Positions 54,579 through 64,000 of a stretch of DNA of 64,000 nt are shown here, one piece after another. Each line of letters opens with the position of its first letter. The stretch's first letter is position 1. The notes beneath the pieces are model-generated. The model was not told the origin of the DNA and ran no database searches. It was given only the letters and a program-made list of their open reading frames with translations. Source of the DNA: Cirrosporium novae-zelandiae (taxonomy: Eukaryota); the NCBI GenBank assembly GCA_026023565.1, contig JAPETS010000003.1, forward strand, positions 868,001 to 932,000, given 5' to 3'. The position numbers and the translations under genes are program-made.

Positions 54579-56024
54579 ATGAACCGAACCCTTCCGATGT
54601 TTGCAAAAAATGTCATGCGATCTCGCCTGACTTGACTTGATGCTTCTCTCCCTCCCTAAAAGTTAGCAATTAAAAGTAGCGAGTATTAAACATTTGCGCT
54701 TAGATGAATAATATCATTGTTTATATCATAGATTCTTGCGCGACCTTTGAAATTTTCAACGAGAAAAAGTTAGAGCATACTTGAATAAAAAGGAAACCAT
54801 TATTACTCTTTATCCTTACGACCTGTTTTTTTTTTGTTTTTGTTTTTATAGGTACGGTGCAAATGGCAATTTTCTCCCTCAACCTCACCAACGCTCGCAA
54901 GATACCACCAGCTTTAATCAATCTAGTTTCAAAGAATTTCCATGCCGCATCCACATACGAGAGAATTGAGCTTGAAAGAGCCACCGAATTAGTGTTATTC
55001 CTCCGGTTTTTTTTTCACTTAATTCCAATACTCATATGGCGTCAAGATTCCTCATCCTATAATTATACCAGATAGATTCAATCACTTACTCCTGAACTAC
55101 ACTATAGTGTGTGTTCCTTTCAACCCCATCTCGATACTATGCATTCCCTTCCCCCCCCCCCCTTTATTGGTAATTAATCACAATCCTAATGGATATTTCT
55201 TTGGCTGGGAGATGAAATCGCACGGCTAGTATAGATGGATTCGGGAATTTTTTGGTGTATTGGGATAGTGAGGCCTTGGTAGGTAGGCAGGTAGGTAAGA
55301 TGTCGCCAGGCCTAGGGAATACCAGATTAATTTGAATATGGAAGGGAGATCCAAGCTCCTGTAGTGGTGGTGTAATCAGTGTTTGGGGAAACCTGACTGT
55401 TGGGACCTGAGGGAAGGTGAGCTTTCCAACCGCTCTAGAGGAGTTCACTCGGGAGATCGATGGGGAAATCTCGGCCGAGATCAGGACTCGATGTATGGAA
55501 TTGACGGGCCTTTAGAAGGGGTATAGGCCGCAGACAGGCGCAGATGTTGTTATTAAGCATGCATCTGGACTAGCTGTGAGCTTCGGAGACTCATCAGCTT
55601 CAGTATCACTTGTGATTTCAATCCGTGCTTCCTGAGTGTTTTGCTAGTCCCCTTATGCTAGAGGTCCTAGAGTTGTATGTAGGCACAACATTTGAGCTAT
55701 GTTCTGCACCTTAAGAAAACAAAACCCCCGGGGATATTCTTAGCTTAGGAGCCCTAGAAGGGCCAACCGAGTCTGGCATTTGATATCGAGATTCGGGTGT
55801 TTACGCCATTGTGTCAATGTCCGAGGCTGTCGGAACTGTTGTCTGATGGAGCTTATGAGAGCATCCCTTAGGTTTCTTCCAACCCCTCTCATCTTGAAGG
55901 CCTTTCACGTTTACGCGAAATTAAATTTTGCTATTCGACCCAGTTTATCCCTGCCCTTGGATTCCCTATCTATGTCTTGGGAGGAAAACACTATGATTGA
56001 TGTAGCAGCCGACGAATCGAACGA

Positions 56025-57751
56025 CTAGCTTTTCTGTTCATCGTCGTCGTCCATTTCAATAATGATTCTTTTCTTCCCCTTCTTCCCTTCCGTCCGGTCT
56101 ATAATATCTACCCCTTCTTCCAGCAGACTTCGGATCATCTCCAGCTGTTTCTTTTGGGCGGGAGTCAGCTTGGCATTTTTCGGTTTAGTAGGGGCTAGAA
56201 CTTCAGGCTTCTTTGATGGCGGTGCCTCAGGAGCCTCCTTGGTGGCTGAACGCGCTTTAGGTTTCTTTGATGGCGGTGCCTCAGAAGCCTCCTTGGTGGC
56301 CGAACGCAACCTCTTTCGGATATTTGAGGGGCTATTTTGCACCACCTTCGCTTCCTTCCCATCGCCACCGAGGTGTACGGGAGACTTCTTTTTGGCTTCA
56401 AACCTCTTCTCGGTCTGCCTTGGGGACCTCCGTGGGTTCGTGAGCGATTCGGAATCAAGATCTTTTTCGTATATAAAAATATATGGTAGGAAATTCTGGT
56501 TGTTGAATTGTGCATATTTTCTACTGGGTGCCGATGTCTGTGGATTCTTTTCAAATTGACGGAGGGTAGTCTGGGTGGTCTCTATGTCATTCATTACCCA
56601 CCACCAGTTATTGGGGCCTAGAATTGTAGTAATATAATGCCCGCTGTTGAGGGTCCCCGCGTGCGCGACGATGGATCTTAAACCATATTGCAGTTTTCCA
56701 CCAGAAGATTTCAAATATTCGCTCAAATCCAATGATTCCGGATAGGTTACTGTATTAGTATTCTTTTTCATGGTTCCGTTGCGCATGAATATATATCGTC
56801 TAACGACAATGATCAAATACTTTGGTGCTTCTGATTCATTTTTAATAGTTTCCCTTCCTTCATGAGGAATGTTTGAAACTTTCGGTGTGCAATCACAGCT
56901 TTTGTTGATCGTGCTTGTCATGTCATCCTGAAAAAGCTGTGCAAGCTTGTATGTGCTAGTTTTGGTCGGAATTGATATTATACGCATACAATTTTGTGGC
57001 ATTGTTGATTCTGTTACTAAATTGCATTTAGTGCACTTCAGCTGTCTTATAATCGGGTGAAAAAACATTGGAATATAGAATTCCGGAAGATTTGAGCTAA
57101 TATCTGTTAACGAAATCTCTTCACGGTCTACTAGTAAACCTAGTAGCAGAGGCGTACATACGATTGCGTCGTTGTAAGATCAATGACCCAGCCTAGGAAT
57201 TCTTGAGCATCATGCTGGTCATCCAAAGTCTGTGGACCAGCAAGTGGCCACCCCATCTGCACAGCATGCTTCCAAAAAGCGTTAAGGGCTTTGGTAACCC
57301 GCGCTTTCCCGGCTCTTGCTTGGTTAACCGGTGTTTTAGGGATCGCCTTCCAGTACTCCTTTGAAAACACTCCAATGGCACATTCGATGCAATGGGTCTT
57401 ACTTGCATTCTTAGCGGTATTAACCCTAGTACAGGTGGTCGGATCATGGTGGTTCTGCACTGTATCAATAAAACTAAAGGAATATTAGACTAATCAAAAC
57501 ATGAGTCCCCACCAGTGATATACACTAAGACTTACTTACCCAGGTAGATTCATCAAGCATTGTAGAACAGCGTTTCGATAGCATAAGATTTTGGGATTGT
57601 TAAGACCATTTGGTGTCGCAGCTGCTAATCCTAATGGTCCCCACGTTGTGTGGAAATGGTACTATATCCACACATAATAAGGGTTAACATAAAAGGTCTT
57701 AGCTAGGTTACCCAGAATTGACTTGTAAGAACTCACGGATTGGAGAGTCAT
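56025..57751 (-). CDS. Ubiquitin-specific protease (peptidase C19), divergent
   Basis: Four exons: MTLQS, then a Cys box GLNNPKILCYRNAVLQCL, then QHDAQEFL, then a His box IVAHAGTLNSGHY...WWVMND. Confidence 0.85.
56202..56307 (-). repeat. 54-bp in-frame tandem duplication in the USP tail
   Basis: Encodes RSATKEASEAPPSKKPKA / RSATKEAPEAPPSKKPE. Confidence 0.88.
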
Positions 57752-59292
57752 GGTGAATATTTGTCCTAGGATAAAGTATTCTTCAACAATTTGAAGCAAG
57801 TAAGACTTTGTAATTATGTGGAATAAAGTGAGATATACTCTATGCAACTAGCATAGAAAGTCTGCGAAATTTGACATGCCTATATAATGATAACAAATCT
57901 AAAGAATGAAAAGCGCAATAGATTAAAGAAAGAAGGGAAAAGGAGGGATTCCCCTGATAGATGGTGAGCCCATCAAAGCAAGCTGGTGTTGATGCCATAA
58001 AGATTTCTTTGTGTTTCTGTCTCTTATTGGATCCAGACTCAAGTATTAATCTTGAGAACAATAATGGTGGGATTCGAACATTTCCGCAAACGTTATGGGT
58101 TGTGAAACCCAGAAGAGAATCAAAGGAAGGCATTATCAACCTAGAATGTGGGAAGATTTTCATTGTTCTAAAGGTGTGCAGCTCGTAGAGAGCACAAGGT
58201 CCATGTTATTTTGGGTGAGGATGTAGAATTAAATAATTCTTGCGAGTATGAAAGTTATTATTTATACAGCTAGTCTTGGCACGGAATAACCCGGAACTTC
58301 AAGATAACTCTTGCACGTGCCTTGCAAGAAACCACATCCACAAGATAGGGGAGTCACGTGCATCTGCTTTTCGCGTTAGTACAGTTTTGTTTATGCGCAA
58401 GCGTTCCTTCGTGTTATATTTTTATGTTTTATTAATTAATTACTATGGCTCTATTTATTACTAATATGCTCCTCTTTGCTTTAGTTGCGTATGTAGGATT
58501 ATCGTCATCATAACTACAAGAAATGTGTTGTAGTAGCACCTTAAACTATCCACATGCTTTGGTCGAGCCTTGATTAAATCCGAGATATTGTCTAGTACAC
58601 GTCTTCACTAGACCAACAATATATCTAAATCCAGGTCCGTCATCAATGGTGGGATGTAACAAAAGCAAAGGTTTGGCAGAAAGATAAGTTAGGTTCAAAG
58701 CCAGGGAACAATCAATTCTCGGAGTAATCTTATTTACTGTATCTTACGAGCCTCCGTATCTACCTGTACTATGAGTTACATAGTGCTACAATCGCACTTG
58801 GACATAATTTTCTTTAACTGAAAACTAAGGGAAAGGGCATAATGGTCCAGTAATCATAAAAAACAGAATAGATTGTTACTAAGACTGGGCGTAATGGTTG
58901 ATGGAATCTTATTGGGAGATACAATCTCATTCATGGACGTCTCTTGTTACTTTCTAGTATGCAATCTAATCTAATCTAATCTTAACTAATTAACTTAACC
59001 TTGCTGAACCCCCCATACCCGGAAGTTAATTGTTGTTAGCCTTATCGAGCTGACCCAGGGGGAGGGAAAGCCTAATTAATCCCAAGACATTTCTTTGCCC
59101 TGAAATAATTATCCAACGTCGCTTATTTACATTGAAGTTGAAATTAAAGGCGGTAAGATTCTACCAGGCAAATTCTAGCTCTTAGAAACAGACTCTCCTC
59201 GATATATTTCTTTGCTACCTTTCTAATACCCATTGGAATCGCCATGCCATCAGTAATAGTTCATCGATAGATTGTGCTCCTAATTTATTTCA

Positions 59293-61491
59293 ATGGATCA
59301 TCTACCCCACCCAATCAATCCTTGCCATCGGATTGAGATTGCTTATCTTGATGGCGAGGATTTTGGCGCTCTTGATTTTTTCTCTTATCCTCAAGCAAAA
59401 GGTATTGATATTGATGCCTTGGCTTGGGGAGATACTAGAACTCATACACCTCAGCAAGTCAGAGCATTTCTTCAGAGCTGGCTCTTCTTCGGCTTGCTAA
59501 ACCAGATTCTGGATCCTGAGATAAGGCATGTTGACTTCATATGCAAGGAAGACCAGAGAAGGTCGTTGATATCTACAGAATCTCTGGACGACTATATAGC
59601 AAGGTGGAAGAAACGATTTCAGTCTTTGCAGAACTCGGCTAGAAAGGAGGAACAGTTTCGAGTGCGCGCCATTTTACAACATGCTAGCAGAACACTCAAC
59701 ATGCTTGCATCTTCCTCGTCTTACATGATGGCACCTGACTTCGTTGGTCCAGAATTAGATATCTCATTACGAATCTGCATACAGACTCTAGAGTATGCCC
59801 TAGTCCGAGACCTTTTGCCTCGGCAGAGAGTGCTAGATGACCATGACACCCAGACTTGCTCTATCTTGCTCGACAAACTAAACGCCGACGGTTGGTGTCC
59901 GAATCAGATTGATATGTTGGCACATTGCATGGACGCACCTTCCATGTATTACGTCATGTTGCTGGGCACACCTGAACCAAGGAAAAGCCATTCCAAGTGC
60001 TCCAGACAGCAGTGTTTAGCTGATCAAATTGATGCGAGTCGATATCTCACCAATCATTTTCGGGAAACCTGCCAGTGTGACTTCTTAGGTCCCGACATGG
60101 AAAAAGTAGGCTCAATACTAGAAGGTGGAGGGATCCCTCTCGTTTCTTTTGAAAACCTTTCACATAGTAGGCCTGCAAACCTTGAAGCTGTAGAATATAC
60201 CCCGGGGATGGCCTATGTCGCACTCTCGCACGTTTGGTCCGATGGCCTTGGAAATGCTCGAAATAATTCATTGCCCTTGTGCCAATTACAATTTTTTCGG
60301 GAGGCCGTGAGTCATGTTGCAGGTATAACCCTATTCTGGGTAGATACTTTGTGCGTTCCACTTTCTCCTGCCAAGTTAAGAAAGTCAGCTATCCGTCTTA
60401 TGAAAGAAACCTATGCCAACGCGCACTCTGTTTTAGTTATAGATAGTGCAATTATGAAGCTTCCAGTTTCAATCTCAGAAGAAGAGCTTTTCATGCGAAT
60501 AACATGCTCTGGATGGATCCGCCGTCTCTGGACATTTCAAGAAGGATTCCTGGCAAAATGTCTTTTGTTCCTCCTGCACGATGGCATTGCCGACATTATG
60601 TCGCGGTTTAGAAAGTTACTAGAAAAAGGTGTAGATGGCACAATTATTCCACGGAGCACTGTTGCCCAAGAAGGAGTGCGCCTCTTCCAGTCCTTCCTAA
60701 GCCACCGAAGCGAAGGAAATACGCCCATGGGGTTCGGCGAACTCTGGTCGGCATTACAATGGCGGTCCACCAGCAGAGCCTCGGATGAACCACTCTGTCT
60801 AGCACCATTACTTGGCATAGATATAAATATAATTCTCGATCTCCCTGAAGAACAGAGGATGAAGAAGCTACTTTCTCTCCAACATGACTTTCCACCGTAT
60901 ATCATATTCTCCAAGGGTCCCCGGATGCCTGACGTCGGGTACCGATGGGCTCCCCCGTGCCTTATGGTCCCGCGCTGCATCGATATTCCTAAAATGCACC
61001 ATATGATTCAAGAAGCGCAATGGGATCCTAAAGGCCTCTTGGTTCCCTTCTGCGGGCTTGTACTGACGATGCCCAAGCCCACTCCCGTCGACTTTGAAAT
61101 GTCCTTTTGCGTCAAAGACACCGTCGAGAATACCTGGTATGTCGTAGTCAGCGAACCCGACCCCTCCTTGCGCGAACAAGACCGATGGGACCAAATGTAT
61201 ATCAAGGATCTCACATCTGCTGGAATTATATTCTCCTGTCCCTTCGAGTTGCTTGGGGAGGAGCTATGGGATGCGGTACTCGTAACAATTCAGCACTCGG
61301 AGAACGGCGTTTTATATTCACATTTTCTCTCTACTGTATCTGTAGGACGGCTGAGGTCGGATCAGCGGAGTAGTGCTGAGGAGGATCTTCTTAAAATGCA
61401 AAGGCTGTTGCAGAGTACAGAGGCATTGGGGAAGATTTGTGCTTGCACTGGGCGAAGCGTTCCTTATCCTCAACGATGGTGTGTAGGATAG
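59293..61491 (+). CDS. HET-domain (heterokaryon incompatibility) protein, intronless, 732 aa
   Basis: YVALSHVWSDGLGN, FWVDTLCVP, MKETYANAHSVLVID, WIRRLWTFQEG and RSTSRASDE. Confidence 0.92.
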   Translation: MDHLPHPINPCHRIEIAYLDGEDFGALDFFSYPQAKGIDIDALAWGDTRTHTPQQVRAFLQSWLFFGLLNQILDPEIRHVDFICKEDQRRSLISTESLDDYIARWKKRFQSLQNSARKEEQFRVRAILQHASRTLNMLASSSSYMMAPDFVGPELDISLRICIQTLEYALVRDLLPRQRVLDDHDTQTCSILLDKLNADGWCPNQIDMLAHCMDAPSMYYVMLLGTPEPRKSHSKCSRQQCLADQIDASRYLTNHFRETCQCDFLGPDMEKVGSILEGGGIPLVSFENLSHSRPANLEAVEYTPGMAYVALSHVWSDGLGNARNNSLPLCQLQFFREAVSHVAGITLFWVDTLCVPLSPAKLRKSAIRLMKETYANAHSVLVIDSAIMKLPVSISEEELFMRITCSGWIRRLWTFQEGFLAKCLLFLLHDGIADIMSRFRKLLEKGVDGTIIPRSTVAQEGVRLFQSFLSHRSEGNTPMGFGELWSALQWRSTSRASDEPLCLAPLLGIDINIILDLPEEQRMKKLLSLQHDFPPYIIFSKGPRMPDVGYRWAPPCLMVPRCIDIPKMHHMIQEAQWDPKGLLVPFCGLVLTMPKPTPVDFEMSFCVKDTVENTWYVVVSEPDPSLREQDRWDQMYIKDLTSAGIIFSCPFELLGEELWDAVLVTIQHSENGVLYSHFLSTVSVGRLRSDQRSSAEEDLLKMQRLLQSTEALGKICACTGRSVPYPQRWCVG

Positions 61492-62103
61492 ATCTAATTA
61501 CAGCTTTCTTCGGTGGGATATATCTTGATAACAACACTGAACCTTATCTAAACCATATCTTGACTCCTAACATTGCGCCATCCTGAGGAATCTCGGTGGG
61601 ATTTATTATCCCGTTTGCGTTTCGATCTTCATCTAATCTCCATCATCCCTCATTCCGAAACAGAAAATCCCCTGCTCAAGCCTAATCTCATCTCCCTCAG
61701 CGCGACCCAAGAGTCTGTACAGCTCCCAGATACCACCATCAGTCCCACTTGCACTATCAGTGCAAAGCTAATCCATAAAATTCCCGCTCCAGCTCTACAC
61801 CTAATCCTAATCTCGGGATCAGGGTAGTTATGATATCGAATGATATTTTGACTTTTTTTTCTTTTTCCATCTGACGTTAAAGGTTAGCTTTACCGGGGGA
61901 GGGGGTTCGTCATGGAGCTTTTGTGTATGGTATACGTATGTATGTAATGATCTTATCTTCGTCGTTGGAAAGGCGAGGGGACGAAATGATGATATAATTG
62001 ACTAGCTAGAGATGAATAGTTATCGAAAAACTCGAAAGGTGATAAAGAGAAGTGGTTGATCAAGATATCATAATATGCGTGTTTGTGGCTATTTAAAGAA
62101 ATT

Positions 62104-62134
<31 letters not shown>

Positions 62135-62386
62135 GGAAAAAGGTAGGAGGGGGGAGGATGGCTGCTGTTTCCTGCCATGCTTCAACTCCTGGACACCCCA
62201 TCATTGTATCCCATCTGCTGGCGCAAAATGTGTTTTCATTCTGGTTCTATATTCCTTTTCTTTACTTCCAAGATCTCTAACCGCTTTCTTTTCTACTCTT
62301 TTAATTTTGGCGTCTCGAATGCGAACCCTATAGTATTCTAGTTAGTTGTCCACTACTTCGATAGCTATCCTATCACGCAGCCTGAA

Positions 62387-64000
62387 TTAGGCGCTGCCCT
62401 TACAATGATATAACGGGGTTTCACCCCGATTATTTGAGGAATTTAGTTCCGCCCCTTTTTCTACAGCCCAGTGCAGTGGGGCATGACCAAATATAAAGTC
62501 TTTGACGTCTATATTATCCAAGTTTTGGTCAATCAAGTCCTTAAGTATCACTTTATGTCCCAGGATTGATGCTATAGCCACAGTTGTAAGGTCTAGACTG
62601 ACTTTAGAGATGCTGAAGCCCATATGTAAGGTCCTAAACCATGTTCTGTACTTGTGGTAGCTTCTCAGAGCTAGATATCCAAGTTCTGTATCTTCTTACA
62701 CTTCTTTAAAGTGGCCTGGCCAATAGCTTGTAGCGTAATCAAACAATGAATGACTGAAGGTATCACTTTTTATCCTCCTTTCAACTTCCCATGATAGTGC
62801 TTGATTTTGGAAATTAGATAGGAAAATATATCGCAAGCAGATTTCAGCAAGAACACGGTTCGATTCGTATAATGAAATAGAATGTTTCCAAGGAGGGCTA
62901 AGGTGGGATGGATCTTCCGGCAGTTTGATCAAGAATTCTCTAGCAGTTTGGTGGACCAGATATACCCTCTTATCAATTATCCTGACAAAAAGGCCACAGA
63001 GACCCTTGATCGTGTTTTGTATAGAGGGCTCGAGGCTTTCTTTCAAATTTTCTTCTGAACTATGATGACCTTTTATGGAAAAGGCGAAGTTCATTTCTGT
63101 GAGAGAGAGTGGTCTAGCAGCACCAACAACGATATACAGAATTTTTCTTGTTTGTGGATTATCGGATCCGGCCTTGGAAAGCATATTTTCGTAGACCTCG
63201 TCCAAAGTACTAGGTATATCTCTCAAATATTTTTCTAAGGCAGGTTTTGAAGCCTGGTGCTCCTTGTCGATGAAGTACAGAATAAGAGATACCCAAAGGA
63301 ATGAATGATCAGCAGATCTAATGAGTTTTTGGGTTAATTCACCACAAACATCCTCTGAAAGCCCTTTATCTCTACCAATCTCTCGGACCTTATCCCTAAC
63401 AACGAGTTTTATATCGTTATCGGTTGACGCCAATTCGTCTTCGCCTTTCAGTCTAATTGTAGGAAGTTCTTTAAAATTTCTCTCGATTTCCCGATAGGGA
63501 CGACTTGTCACTAAGACTTTTAGAGAGATATGATTCGCGACAGATTGATCCGAGTAAAGCTGAACAAGAGAACGGATAAGCTGGTTTCGAGTAGAAACTC
63601 CGCACTCGTCTAGGGCATCGATAACACAGTATATGTTCCCACTCCCGGGATCCTTTGCTGCACTTATTAGGATTTTCCACAGAGATTCAAATTCGTTAAC
63701 AAATTTCGAATCCCTTGTGTTGTATATAAGCATCGCATGCTCAAGAAGATGAGGTTTAGCAGAAAACAGCTGATGAAGTAAAGCACGGAGTGCCAGGACC
63801 GCGCTCTTCTGTTCGTCACTATCATCTTTGAAGAAGAAATAACAGGTTTTACAAGACAGTGACGCAGAATTTTTACTCAATGCACTGAGCTTGTCGGTTA
63901 TCCATGATGCCAGAACGGACTTCCCACAGCCTGGGTCTGCGGATAGCCAGAGAAGGCTTCCCCCCGGTTCCTGAAACCATGTCTGATATTTTTCGTGCTT
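62387..64000 (-). pseudogene. Fungal NLR (NACHT + ankyrin), truncated or decaying; 5' end outside window
   Basis: Walker A LWLSADPGCGKS, YFFFKD, Walker B VIDALDEC, LVTSRP, FLWV and VHQTAREFL. An in-frame TAA at 62696-62698 precedes the ankyrin remnant GHAPLHWAVEKG-AELN..NRGETPL. Confidence 0.85.

Noticed and set aside
54700..56000. Short ORFs and coding-like fragments between homocitrate synthase and the USP
   Set aside because: No recognisable domain, transposase motif or consistent splice structure; cannot be supported without a search.

Overview
Eukaryotic DNA from a filamentous ascomycete (Pezizomycotina), judged by short GT-AG introns with CTAAC-type branch points and by Zn2Cys6 factors, HET and NACHT genes. 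About 25 protein-coding genes can be assembled by hand. The left part (1 to ~29.3 kb) is a dense housekeeping block: a mitochondrial hypothetical protein, an ANL-like protein, POM34, HID1, a nitronate monooxygenase, SHP1, MIM1, OXA1, TAF11, RAD17, a DUF7918-like protein and SDH1. The right part (30-64 kb) looks accessory. It holds a divergent aspartate aminotransferase, a Zn2Cys6 TF and a saccharopine-dehydrogenase-like reductase; an atypical acidic GH45; a permease / 5-oxoprolinase / Zn2Cys6 cluster; a UCH deubiquitinase with a changed catalytic residue; a nitroreductase; homocitrate synthase; an orphan USP; and an intronless HET-domain gene facing a NACHT-ankyrin NLR whose sensor end is decayed. 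The best candidates for an undescribed system are the USP + HET + NLR immunity-like island and the permease-oxoprolinase-TF module. No tRNA, rRNA, CRISPR array or intact transposon was seen. All calls rest on motif recognition; no searches were run.
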